A stretch of DNA of 64,000 bases from Syntrophales bacterium (GCA_963662405.2 CAXXKT010000001.1:96001-160000); one strand, 5' to 3'; positions 19,357 through 29,002 are shown, counted from the first letter of the stretch. Notes: generated by a model not told the origin, from the letters alone. Made by a program: numbers and translations.

Positions 19357-20423
19357 CGTTGATACCCCCGTATGAGCAGATAGATAAAGGCCGGCGCCCC
19401 CATGAATGCCGTCAGGATCGACACCGGGAGGAGATGAGGCGCGAGGATCAACCGCGCAACCGTGTCGGACACAAGCAGGAGCAATCCACCAACGATGACC
19501 GTGGCCGGGAGCAAAAACCGGTGGTCTCCCCCGATGACCCGTCGGACCATGTGGGGACAAACCAGACCGACAAAACCGATGATCCCCAGGAACGCCACGA
19601 TAACCGCCGTGACCAGAGAGGCAACCAGCATTCCCAAGAGCCGCACCCGCTCCACCCGCACACCGAGTCCCTGGGCCGTCTCGTCCCCGGCATCGACGGC
19701 ATTGTAATTCCAGCTGTTGAAAAAGAAATACACCACCGCCAAAACCGTCACGCCGCTGAACAGGGCCAGTTCGGACCAACTCGCCCGGCCGACGTCGCCG
19801 AAGGTCCAGAAGACCATGGCGGCGAGTTGTGCGTCGTCGGCAAAGAACTGCAGAAACATCGTCCCGGCGGTAAAGAGGGCACCCAATGCAACACCGGTCA
19901 GAATCATGGTCTCCGGGGAAGCCCCCCGAAGCCGGGAAATGGCGATGATCACCGCCGCTGCCGCCAGGCAGAAAGTAAAGGCCGTCACCGTGGTCAGAAT
20001 CGGCCGTGATATGGTGACCGCCCCCACCTGGGTGCTGGCCATAACTCCCGTATGGAAGACCATGACCGCCAGGGCGGCGCCAAAGGCCGCGGCTTGGGAA
20101 ATCCCCAGCGTGAAAGGAGACCCGAGGGGGTTGCGTAGAATCGACTGCATCACCGCACCGGATACGGCCAGGCCGGCACCGGCGACCACGGCCGACAGGG
20201 CCTGGGGAAGCCGGATGTTCCATATGATTATGTCATACCGTCTGTCAGAACCGACGCCGATCAAGGACCGAATGACATCCTCCAACGGGATGCCGGCAGC
20301 TCCCTGGGCAATACCCACCAAGAGAGCTACCCCCAGAAGAAAAAGGCAGCCTCCGATAAATAAGCATTTGCGCTCGATGTAGCGGGTATAATGAGCAGGA
20401 ATCTCCCCCTGGGCAAAATGCAT
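19353..20423 (-). CDS. ABC transporter permease (FecCD family)
   Basis: 'IRLPQ', 'RNPLGSPFTLGIS', 'GIIGFVGLVCPH'. Confidence 0.92.
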   Translation of the reverse strand: MHFAQGEIPAHYTRYIERKCLFIGGCLFLLGVALLVGIAQGAAGIPLEDVIRSLIGVGSDRRYDIIIWNIRLPQALSAVVAGAGLAVSGAVMQSILRNPLGSPFTLGISQAAAFGAALAVMVFHTGVMASTQVGAVTISRPILTTVTAFTFCLAAAAVIIAISRLRGASPETMILTGVALGALFTAGTMFLQFFADDAQLAAMVFWTFGDVGRASWSELALFSGVTVLAVVYFFFNSWNYNAVDAGDETAQGLGVRVERVRLLGMLVASLVTAVIVAFLGIIGFVGLVCPHMVRRVIGGDHRFLLPATVIVGGLLLLVSDTVARLILAPHLLPVSILTAFMGAPAFIYLLIRGYQR

Positions 20424-20435
20424 CGCATCTCCCCG

Positions 20436-21545
20436 CTAATCGATCGGGATCGGCTGAAACGCCAAATCGTCGAAAGACCGGCTCATCTCGGCAAAAACCG
20501 GCGTTCCCACCAGGAAGGCGTAGATCTCGTCAGCGGTTTCCTGTGGGTCGATATCGGTGAACGATTCCGGGTAGAGCTGTGTTCCAATGAAATAGGCATT
20601 GGCCAGGATGGACCCGAAATTGCGGGTATACCAGTTGTATGGAAGCAGGCCGTACACCTTGCCCGCGCGAACGGCGCTCAGGGTCCGGTAGGCTGGATCG
20701 GTTCTCAGTTCAAAGAGTCCGCCCGCGGCATCCCCCATCTGCAGCGTGGAAAGATCAAGGAACAGGATATCCGGGTCCCACTGAACTATCTTTTCCTTGG
20801 CCACGTTACTCTGTCTGATTGTCTTTCCGGACGGCAGACCCGTGGCGGCCACATTTTTCGCACCGACAAAGGCAAAAGGCGGGTATCCCGGCTCGGTGGA
20901 TTGGAAACCGTGGGGACCTTTAAAGGCGATCCCCCCCACAAAACAAGTCGGTCTCTTTTCGGGGGGAACTCGATCGGTCCGGCGCTGAAGATCGCTGATC
21001 TTCCTCTCGAAAAAGGAGATGACCTCTTCGGCTCGCTCCCGGCGATTGATAACCTCGCCGATAAGCCGAAGTGAATCGTACAGGACATTTCGGTTCCCCG
21101 CCAGCTCGCCGTAGGGGATGATCACCACCGGTATCCCGGTCTTCTCCTGCAGCTCGACCGGGTCGTAACCCATCCCCGGGTACGTCTTCAGGATAACCTG
21201 GGGGAGGGGATTGAGGGACAGGATCAACTCAGGATGATCGTACCCTCGGAATTCACCAAATATGGGATACGATTTGAACTGCGGGTGTGCCAGCGCATAG
21301 GGCCGGGCATCGAAGGTCGGTCTTCGCTTTTCCATGTCGTCCACTGCGACGATCCTGTCTTCGGCCTGGAGATACGTTAACAACCTCAGGGAACCGGGCC
21401 CCGAACAGATCACCCGCTCGACCACCGCAGGGATCTGTACATCTCTCCCGGCACCGTCGGTGACGGTCCGGTCGGCCGCGCCACAATCAACGGTAAGGAT
21501 CAGCAGCAAAAACCCGGCCAGGAAACAGCGCATCAAATGTAACAT
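20436..21545 (-). CDS. Periplasmic binding protein of FecCD-type metal-chelate ABC transporter
   Basis: Signal peptide; 'TDGAGRDVQIP..VERV', 'WDPDILF', 'LSAVRAGKVY'; GAGGAGGAG RBS before ATG 21545. Confidence 0.88.
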   Translation of the reverse strand: MLHLMRCFLAGFLLLILTVDCGAADRTVTDGAGRDVQIPAVVERVICSGPGSLRLLTYLQAEDRIVAVDDMEKRRPTFDARPYALAHPQFKSYPIFGEFRGYDHPELILSLNPLPQVILKTYPGMGYDPVELQEKTGIPVVIIPYGELAGNRNVLYDSLRLIGEVINRRERAEEVISFFERKISDLQRRTDRVPPEKRPTCFVGGIAFKGPHGFQSTEPGYPPFAFVGAKNVAATGLPSGKTIRQSNVAKEKIVQWDPDILFLDLSTLQMGDAAGGLFELRTDPAYRTLSAVRAGKVYGLLPYNWYTRNFGSILANAYFIGTQLYPESFTDIDPQETADEIYAFLVGTPVFAEMSRSFDDLAFQPIPID

Positions 21546-21615
21546 TTTTAACGTCTCCTCCTCACGTGGTGGAAATTCGCTCATTTATCGCAGGACAATC
21601 AGCTCAACACACAAA

Positions 21616-21642
21616 TTGTTACATTTGTTGTAATCGTGTTAC
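21616..21642. promoter_or_regulatory. Candidate NikR operator upstream of ABC operon
   Basis: Minus strand GTAACAC-N13-GTAACAA. Confidence 0.65.
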
Positions 21643-21662
21643 TCAATGGTCAAAAAAATATA

Positions 21663-22079
21663 TTATTCGATTTCTTTTCCCGTGCTTGACATGTTCAGGG
21701 TTTCATGCCTGACACCCTTGACGGATTTCAGGGTATCCGACAATCTTTGGACATCTCCGGCCCTCCCCCGCACGGCAATGATCTCACAGCAATTATCGTG
21801 ATCCAGGTGGATGTGCTGGGTGGAAATGATGGTGTTGAGGAAATCATGCTGAATGTCGTTGATCCGGTTCAGGACCGCCCGTTGGTGATGGTCATAAATA
21901 ATCGTGACGGCTCCGACCACTTCCTGATCTCCCGCCCATTCCTCCTTGACCAGTTCCTGGCGGATCAGATCGCGCAAAGCCTCGGAACGATTGGTATATT
22001 GTCTCGTTCTGATCAGGCGGTCAAACCTCTCCAGAAGCACTTTATCCAGCGAAACACCAAATCTCACAAGGTCTGACAT
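21663..22079 (-). CDS. nikR: Nickel-responsive regulator NikR
   Basis: 'RFGVSL', 'YTNRSEALRDLIR' RHH; 'YDHH', 'QHD', 'HIHLDHDNC'; true ATG at 22079 inside the long ORF. Confidence 0.95.
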   Translation of the reverse strand: MSDLVRFGVSLDKVLLERFDRLIRTRQYTNRSEALRDLIRQELVKEEWAGDQEVVGAVTIIYDHHQRAVLNRINDIQHDFLNTIISTQHIHLDHDNCCEIIAVRGRAGDVQRLSDTLKSVKGVRHETLNMSSTGKEIE

Positions 22080-22090
22080 GAAAGATACCC

Positions 22091-22117
22091 GTAACACATT
22101 TTCAGCGGTTGTAGCAT
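22091..22117. promoter_or_regulatory. Candidate NikR autoregulatory operator
   Basis: GTAACAC-N13-GTAGCAT 11 bp upstream of nikR start. Confidence 0.65.
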
Positions 22118-22253
22118 AAGGGGACAAGGTTTTCAACCTTTTGTGAGCCACCCCGCACCGGACCTCACGGAAAGAACACGTTCTGCCGGAAAAGAAGTTG
22201 ACAACAAAAGATTCAAATGACATGTATGACCTGAAAAATAACAGGGGTATGCA

Positions 22254-23147
22254 ATGAAGATCGGAAGTCTGTTTGACGGGCGCAAGACCATCCTCTCCTT
22301 CGAAGTCTTTCCCCCCTCCCGGGACGGGGATGTGGAGGAGTTGTACCGCGCAATCGGGGAGCTCGTGGAGCTGAAACCCGACTTTATCTCCGTCACTTAC
22401 GGAGCTGGCGGGGGCAACAGGGAAAAGGTCGTTGAGATCGCCTCCACCATCCGTAAGGAGTTCGACCGAGAGGCCCTCGCACACCTGACGTGCGTCCAGG
22501 CGACCAAAGACGACATACGGGACCAGTTGAGAAGATTGCAGGAGGCAGGGATCGAGAATATCCTTGCACTGCGAGGTGATCCGCCGAAGGGTGAGGATCG
22601 CTTCGTCAGGACAGAGGGGGGCTTCGGATACGCCAACGAATTGGTGGAGTTTATCAGGAAAGAAAACGATTTTTCCATCGGCGTCGCGGGCTATCCCGAG
22701 GTACACCCGGAGGCCCCGGATATGGAACACGACCTGACCAATCTCAAGAAAAAGGTCGACGCGGGGGCGGACTTCATCATCACCCAGATGTTCTTCGATA
22801 ACGACTTTTTTTACCGTTTCCGGGACAACGCCGTAGCGGCAGGGGTGCACGCCCCGATTATCCCGGCCATCTTCCCGATCTTTAACTACCGGCAAATATC
22901 GCGGATCGCCGCGCTCTGCGGCGCGAAGATTCCATCGCGGCTGCACGACAAGCTGTCGCGCGTAAGCGAAAAAAACGAAGAGGTGGAGAAGTACGGCATT
23001 GAGCACGCCATCCGCCAGACCGAAGGCCTTCTGGAACACGGGGTGGCGGGGATACACTTCTACAGCATGAACCGAAGCAGACACGTGATACAAATAATTC
23101 GTGAACTCCCCCAGAAATCATTTGAAAATAATTCCGGATTGGAATAG
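22254..23147 (+). CDS. metF: 5,10-methylenetetrahydrofolate reductase
   Basis: 'SFEVFPP', 'SVTYGAGG', 'AHLTC', 'LALRGDPP', 'AGYPE.HP', 'ITQMFFD', 'HFYSMN'. Confidence 0.96.
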   Translation: MKIGSLFDGRKTILSFEVFPPSRDGDVEELYRAIGELVELKPDFISVTYGAGGGNREKVVEIASTIRKEFDREALAHLTCVQATKDDIRDQLRRLQEAGIENILALRGDPPKGEDRFVRTEGGFGYANELVEFIRKENDFSIGVAGYPEVHPEAPDMEHDLTNLKKKVDAGADFIITQMFFDNDFFYRFRDNAVAAGVHAPIIPAIFPIFNYRQISRIAALCGAKIPSRLHDKLSRVSEKNEEVEKYGIEHAIRQTEGLLEHGVAGIHFYSMNRSRHVIQIIRELPQKSFENNSGLE

Positions 23148-23190
23148 TGTTCGGTCTTCCCGGTGTGAAACCGATTCCGGACAGAGATAT

Positions 23191-23267
<77 letters not shown>

Positions 23268-23281
23268 TTAAAATTAAGGGG

Positions 23282-24376
23282 TTAGCTACCATTGCTAGCC
23301 TCTTTTTTTATGGTGAAATCGTGGACTGTGCCCGAAACTGTGCCCGTTTGGGTTTCCAGATAGGCCGCTTGCCTTTGTGAAGCCACAATCAAATCATCTT
23401 CGCTTACAATGTTATACCGTTCAAATATCGTTCGTGTCTTGTGCCCTGATATCATCATTGCCACCCGCTCCGGGATACCAGCCCGTACCATGTTTCTTAT
23501 GGCCGTGCGTCTGAAATCGTGAAACAATCTTGTTCCGATTTTTGCATCCTTGCAAGCGCTCTTCCAGGCCTTTCTTATATCGGTTATCTTTCCGCTCTTG
23601 TCACGGTTGGGGAAAACATAGGGCAAGATTGCTTCGCTCTTCTTCCTGTCTTCCTGTAGTTGCTTGAAAATCTCTTTCAATTCCGCGTCAAGATAGAAAA
23701 TCCGCGATTCATCGTTTTTCGTTTCCCCGGCATTCAGTCTTACAATCCCACCGTTCAAATCGACACGATCCCAAGTGAGACTGAAAATCTCTTCTTTTCT
23801 CCATCCTGATTTATAGGCGAACGTGACAAGTCCCTTTAGATATTCCGGCAATTGATCTTTCAAAGCCAGAAAGTCCCCGTGCTCAAAAAACCCTTGCCGC
23901 ACGTTGTTTTCTTTCAGCATAGGGATATATGGGACCCGGTCAACCTTGGGAGGGGTTTGCTTTGCCCCCAAGTTTAGCATACGTTTTAACGCTTTTAGTT
24001 CGTTGTTAATCGTTGCATTAGCCGCTTTATCTGCAAGGCGCTCTTCAATATATGCTTTGATCCTGGGTGTGGTTATCTGAGTAATCCGGACTCCTTCAAA
24101 GTGCTTCTTCAGGTGTTCAATGCTTATCTCTGCGCGCACAATAGACTTTCTATTGTTAATGCGATAATCGGTAAGCATTTCCTCTGCCAGCTCATCAAAT
24201 CGCACCTTGTCAAAGTACACCCCCGGAAGCTTCCCCTCTGAGATTTCACCTTCACGCTTTCTCAATAGCCTTTTCGCGTCCGCTTCTTTGTTGCTCCGGG
24301 TAGATTCACGGTAAGGCTTTCCGTTTCGATAGTACTTAATCCAGTAAACGTTTCCCCGTGTGTAAATCATTCCCAT
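23282..24376 (-). CDS. Phage-type tyrosine integrase
   Basis: N-terminal arm-binding 'YWIKYYRNGK', 'SGWRKEE', 'TKN', 'HDFRRT', 'SGHKT...FERY'. Confidence 0.95.
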   Translation of the reverse strand: MGMIYTRGNVYWIKYYRNGKPYRESTRSNKEADAKRLLRKREGEISEGKLPGVYFDKVRFDELAEEMLTDYRINNRKSIVRAEISIEHLKKHFEGVRITQITTPRIKAYIEERLADKAANATINNELKALKRMLNLGAKQTPPKVDRVPYIPMLKENNVRQGFFEHGDFLALKDQLPEYLKGLVTFAYKSGWRKEEIFSLTWDRVDLNGGIVRLNAGETKNDESRIFYLDAELKEIFKQLQEDRKKSEAILPYVFPNRDKSGKITDIRKAWKSACKDAKIGTRLFHDFRRTAIRNMVRAGIPERVAMMISGHKTRTIFERYNIVSEDDLIVASQRQAAYLETQTGTVSGTVHDFTIKKEASNGS

Positions 24377-24604
24377 GGCCTCATCTCTCCTTTCTCAAAA
24401 ACAAAACCCCCTGAAGACTTCTCACGGCCATAGGGGACCGCCCGGAGCGTCACCACTTCGGGAATTTTCAGGGGGTTTCTTGGTGTTTGCTGTTTCATGA
24501 CCCTATGGTTTGAGATATAAGTTGTATTGGTTATATAACCAGCATAAGGTATTGTCAAGATGTTTTTTATTGCATGTTCATACTATCTCGGCTATACGTT
24601 TCAC

Positions 24605-24778
24605 ATGGCTACCGACAAACCGAAAGTCATTCTTGTCATGGAAGATGATCTCATCACCCGAATTGATGATTTCCGCTATGAGAACCGCATCCCTTCACGT
24701 GCCGAAGCCATCCGGCGGCTCATTACAGAATCTCTTGAAAGGTACCAAGGGCAACCTCAAAAGAAGTCAACCGAATAA
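24605..24778 (+). CDS. Ribbon-helix-helix (CopG-like) regulator
   Basis: 'IDDFRYENRIPSRAEAIRRLI'. Confidence 0.75.
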   Translation: MATDKPKVILVMEDDLITRIDDFRYENRIPSRAEAIRRLITESLERYQGQPQKKSTE

Positions 24779-24811
24779 AGACACCGCGTAGTGAAGTAAA
24801 CAGGAAAGAAG

Positions 24812-25648
24812 GTGACGATTGTGAAAAATCATAGTCTCCATAGTTTTTGTTGTCTTCTTACGTTTGCTCTCATCTTGGCTTTTTCGCCTAGTATCGGTGC
24901 TACTGATTACCCTGAGATTCATTGCAAGCATTTCATTTACGGTTACCCAACTGGCGCACCACTGAGCAATGACCTCATTATTCGTGATATCTACGCACTG
25001 TCGTCAAATGATGTGACCAAAATGGCGGACTGGGTCTGTTATCGTCTCGATAAAGAAACCGTCACCGGAGACGTGGGAACTTCCCGGAAGTGGAAGGCTG
25101 ATCCGTGGTTGGATGGGGGGGAGACGCTGGAGCCTCTGGATTATACCGGGGCACATGCTACCCTGCATGTAGACAGGGGGCATCAGGCTCCTTTGGCAAG
25201 CTTCAAAGGGACACCGCATTGGGCTGATACGAACATGCTTTCAAATATAACCCCTCAAAAGGCAAACCTCAACCAAGGGCCCTGGAAGAAGCTTGAAGAA
25301 AAAGTGCGTGACCTCGCGCGGGCTGGCAATGTCGTTTATGTGATGACGGGGCCGCTATACGAGCGAGAGATGACACCCCTACCCGGAGCGGATGAAAGCC
25401 ACAAGGTTCCGTCCGGCTACTGGAAGATTATCGTGATACAACCAGGAGAAGATATAGATTCCATCAAGACGGCGAGTTTCATTTTTGACCAAGAGACACC
25501 GAGAAATGATCCAGTAATCGATCATCTCTCTAAGATAAATGCCATTGAGACAAAGTCAGGGCTTGAATTTCTAAGAGCCCTTCCCGACGATAAGGAAGAA
25601 GAGATTGAAGGGTTGCTAAATAAAGATTGGGCCGAATCACGTTTTTGA
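24812..25648 (+). CDS. Secreted DNA/RNA non-specific endonuclease (NucA/Serratia family)
   Basis: Signal peptide; 'DRGHQAP', 'SNITPQKANLNQGPWKKLE', 'TGPLY', 'VPSGYWKII'. Confidence 0.9.
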   Translation: MTIVKNHSLHSFCCLLTFALILAFSPSIGATDYPEIHCKHFIYGYPTGAPLSNDLIIRDIYALSSNDVTKMADWVCYRLDKETVTGDVGTSRKWKADPWLDGGETLEPLDYTGAHATLHVDRGHQAPLASFKGTPHWADTNMLSNITPQKANLNQGPWKKLEEKVRDLARAGNVVYVMTGPLYEREMTPLPGADESHKVPSGYWKIIVIQPGEDIDSIKTASFIFDQETPRNDPVIDHLSKINAIETKSGLEFLRALPDDKEEEIEGLLNKDWAESRF

Positions 25649-25804
25649 TGATCTGTTCACTACCAGTTAAACAGTCGGAAGCCCCAGGCTGAGGGGGGAA
25701 ACCCTGGAGTCCGGGGCTTCGTCAGAGGAATCGGGTCTAAGACGTATCAGGCAAACGACCCGATCAAATTTTACTCCTCTCACCCACGAAATCAAGGATT
25801 TTCT

Positions 25805-26041
25805 ATGCCCGATAAAACAGCCCATATGCTGCAGAAGACCTTGGGCGTCCTAGGCAAGCTGCAAAGCATGAAAGGTGAAGATTTCACGGAAGGAATGAAA
25901 GAGTATCTTCAGCTTGTGGATGAGTTCTATCAAGAGAACGAACATCTCATGGCTCGCCAACAATATAAAGCTGCACAAACAGATCCCGAGTACTTCTTGA
26001 GGCTCCTGGTATTAGCAGAGGCTATCCACAAGGATGAGTGA
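25805..26041 (+). CDS. Hypothetical protein
   Basis: 78-aa ORF with AAGGA upstream; no recognised motif. Confidence 0.5.
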   Translation: MPDKTAHMLQKTLGVLGKLQSMKGEDFTEGMKEYLQLVDEFYQENEHLMARQQYKAAQTDPEYFLRLLVLAEAIHKDE

Positions 26042-26263
26042 AAACGAAGATTGGTCCCTTCACCTACTACTCCTCAAAATAATTTCAGGAAAAAATTGAG
26101 TATTACTTATTGAAATCTTCAGCTTATATACTTCTTGACATAATATTTCGACGGAGCTAAACACATCGTACGTTCTTGGGTATATTAATTGTTAGCCATT
26201 CCCTTGTAAAATATGTATAAAACCAACAGCGGAAGATAGGCGAAACTGAGAGGAAACGCCACT

Positions 26264-27451
26264 ATGCCAAAGCAAGCTAATCAACTTCACAATCAAAACG
26301 AAGAGAAAGAAAAACGGGCGGCAGAGTTAGTCCTTGCCAACCAAGAGCTTGCCCATCAAAATAAATTGAAAGAAAAACGGGCAGCAGAGTTAGTCCTTGC
26401 CAATAAAGAGCTTGCCCATCAAAACGAAGAGAAAGAAAAACGAGCGGCAGAGTTAGTCCTTGCCAACGAAGAACTTTTCTACCAAAACGAAGAGAAAGAA
26501 AAACGGGCGGCAGAGTTAGTCCTTGCCAATAAAGCGCTTGCCCATCAAAACGAAGAGAAAGAAAAACGGGCGGCAGAGTTAGTCCTTGCCAACCAAGAGC
26601 TTGCCCATCAAAATAAATTGAAAGAAAAACGGGCAGCAGAGTTAGTCCTTGCCAATAAAGAGCTTGCCCATCAAAACGAAGAGAAAGAAAAACGAGCGGC
26701 AGAGTTAGTCCTTGCCAACGAAGAACTTTTCTACCAAAACGAAGAGAAAGAAAAACGGGCGGCAGAGTTAGTCCTTGCCAACCAAGAGCTTGCCCATCAA
26801 AATAAATTGAAAGAAAAACGGGCAATCGAACTCTCCAGCCTTTTGGGTGAATTAAAACACGCCAACGCACAACTGTTTGCGGCTTATGAATCCACCATTG
26901 AAGGCTGGTCACATGCGCTGGATTTGCGCGACAAAGAAACCGAAGGTCACACCCAACGCGTGACTGAAATGACATTGAAACTTGCACGCGTGGCGGGAGT
27001 TACCGAAGAAGAGTTGGTACACGTGCGGCGCGGAGCGCTTTTGCATGACATCGGCAAGATGGGAGTACCTGACCACATTCTTCTTAAGCCAGACAAACTG
27101 ACAGATGAAGAATGGGTTGTCATGCGTAAGCATCCCACTTTTGCCTATGAACTACTTTTGCCAATCGCTTATTTACGTAATGCGCTTGATATTCCTTATT
27201 GTCATCACGAAAAATGGGACGGGAGCGGTTATCCACGCAGGTTGAAAGGCGAGCAAATTCCATTTTCGGCGCGTCTCTTTGCGATAATAGATGTGTGGGA
27301 CGCTCTCCGCTCTTATCGTCCGTATCGACAAAGGTGGACAAAGGAGAAAGTAATTGAACATATCAAATCGCTTTCTGGAACGCACTTTGAGCCGAAGGTA
27401 GTGGAATTGTTTTTGAATATGGTGAATGAAGATGAAAAAAACACGGGCTAA
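26264..27451 (+). CDS. HD-GYP phosphodiesterase with N-terminal 21-aa coiled-coil repeats (gene cassette)
   Basis: 'ETEGHTQRV', 'LLHDIGKMG', 'HHEKWDGSGYP', 'DVWDAL...RPY'. Confidence 0.92.
   Translation: MPKQANQLHNQNEEKEKRAAELVLANQELAHQNKLKEKRAAELVLANKELAHQNEEKEKRAAELVLANEELFYQNEEKEKRAAELVLANKALAHQNEEKEKRAAELVLANQELAHQNKLKEKRAAELVLANKELAHQNEEKEKRAAELVLANEELFYQNEEKEKRAAELVLANQELAHQNKLKEKRAIELSSLLGELKHANAQLFAAYESTIEGWSHALDLRDKETEGHTQRVTEMTLKLARVAGVTEEELVHVRRGALLHDIGKMGVPDHILLKPDKLTDEEWVVMRKHPTFAYELLLPIAYLRNALDIPYCHHEKWDGSGYPRRLKGEQIPFSARLFAIIDVWDALRSYRPYRQRWTKEKVIEHIKSLSGTHFEPKVVELFLNMVNEDEKNTG
26297..26826 (+). repeat. 63-bp coding tandem repeat, 8 full units plus a partial
   Basis: NEEKEKRAAELVLAN(Q/K/E)EL(AH/FY)Q repeated, near-identical DNA. 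Confidence 0.95.
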
Positions 27452-27502
27452 CAAACGGATGGAGCCGACTCCTTACAGTCGCGGCTTATCCACTCGTTAC
27501 CA
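27446..27502 (+). other. attC site of HD-GYP cassette
   Basis: GGCTAAC...GGATGGAGCCG-ACT..AGT-CGCGGCTTATCC...GTTACCA hairpin; GGCTAAC is the exact complement of GTTAGCC at 26191 upstream of the gene. Confidence 0.8.
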
Positions 27503-27835
27503 ATTGTAGTCTACGATGAACAGGCCGATTCAAGTTTTGTTTGTTTCAGGAAGAAAATTTCAGCATAAATCAATTGATTCGGAATATAGTGTATTTGCCA
27601 ACTTCCGGTTAGGCTCCCTACCGCCCGTAGACGGGCACCCTGTTTCATCCCTCCGTTACCGGATTTGTTGTCTTGAGTGACTTATCCCCTCTTCCGGTGA
27701 GAGATTAGCACACCGCCCTTTCGGGTATTCAATTTTCAACGATCAAATACGTCCACCTATACAAACATACCAACCTCAAAAAAACATGCCTTGGGGAACC
27801 CCTGAGAGTACCTTGAGAGACCCCTGAGACTATAT

Positions 27836-28060
27836 TCAGTTGTCGGACTCTTGACCCCTTTGATACCTTCCCCAAAGGTACGCAATCACATCACCCTCAA
27901 AGAAATATCTCCGGCCTGATTTTTCGACATACTTCAGGCCCCCACGTATCCAGTTTGACAACTGTCTGCTACGCCCGGACCCGGTAACGGGTAAGTCTAA
28001 CCTCACGGCCAGGTCTTTTTCGCTCCAAACTTCGTTTATTGTCTTTGGCATCTCTGTCAT
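27836..28060 (-). CDS. Small putative HTH DNA-binding protein
   Basis: GGAGGTGA RBS; 'DLAVRLDL...RQLSNWIRGGLKY...GRRYF' excisionase-like pattern. Confidence 0.6.
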   Translation of the reverse strand: MTEMPKTINEVWSEKDLAVRLDLPVTGSGRSRQLSNWIRGGLKYVEKSGRRYFFEGDVIAYLWGRYQRGQESDN

Positions 28061-28262
28061 TAGTGTTCACCTCCATCATGAAAGATTGAATTGCTCTCGC
28101 TTTGTCCTGGTATCCCTTCTCAATGGCCAGGGCATATGCCTTTTGAAGATTCTCCTGTGATTCGTTCAAAAGTAACTGGACACAGGAAGCGCAGATATAA
28201 GCCCCCGCCGTTTCCTCTACTTTTTCAACATCTCTTTCAGTGTTGCAAAGACTACAAATCAT
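27969..28262 (-). CDS. Small CxxC-CxxC zinc-finger protein
   Basis: AAGGAG RBS; 'CSLC...YICASCVQLL'. Confidence 0.55.
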   Translation of the reverse strand: MICSLCNTERDVEKVEETAGAYICASCVQLLLNESQENLQKAYALAIEKGYQDKARAIQSFMMEVNTNDRDAKDNKRSLERKRPGREVRLTRYRVRA

Positions 28263-29002
28263 GGTTCTCCTTTTTTCCCCATTTTTCACCCCACCACGAT
28301 GACTTTTTCGGGATCACTACCCGAGGGGAAGAGTTTTCTGAAATCACTACGCGAGTGAAAAGTTTTAATTTGCGATTTTGCGCGCCGAGGAACCAACCCG
28401 GTTTATCTTTAAGCCCCTGTAGAGATATAAGGACCCCCTCTATTTTTGAGTTCCGGTGTTACGGGAATATAGACTTATCAATACTCTCCCCGGCTCCGGC
28501 TCCCCTCTCCCCCCCCTTATTGTGCGATTTGATGCGATTCATAATATCCTGTGGCGTTCCATATACGGTGCGCTGTGCTGCAATACGTTCCTCTTGCTTC
28601 CTGTAGCGTGTGTGTCGCTCATATACCCCTTTATCATGGTGCCCTGGGGTTCTATTGCTGGTGCGTCTTTGTGCGTCTTTCTGCGGCTATGTGTCGCGTG
28701 CATAAAAATTGACGGTGCGTGACAGAGGTAGGTCACTCTCTCTATCAAATTCACCTTCACCCCCCCTTTGACGACTGTGGGGGGTAGGGGCATTCCATCT
28801 TGTATTTTCATGTTTTTGTATCGCTGCCTTCATCCCCTCTGGTCTCTCCCCTCTATGGTGTGCCTTGTCATTGCAGGACCTTTTCCGTCACAATTGAGTA
28901 GCTTTGCGTCATCGTTTTCGGACACGATAAAAAGAGTTTCCCGCCACGATACCGCGCGCGTACTATTTTCAATGTCAGGTTTTCTTAGGTTCTCGTAATC
29001 CA

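Noticed and set aside
19357..20223. 543-aa fused ABC ATPase
   Set aside because: The N-terminal part is an alternative frame of the permease; a GTG start at 19356 overlaps the permease stop
22080..23093. N-terminally extended 476-aa NikR
   Set aside because: The extension is antisense to metF; NikR homology starts at ATG 22079
26297..26826. Regular repeats that could be mistaken for a CRISPR array
   Set aside because: Units are contiguous 63-bp in-frame coding repeats without unique spacers; no cas genes nearby
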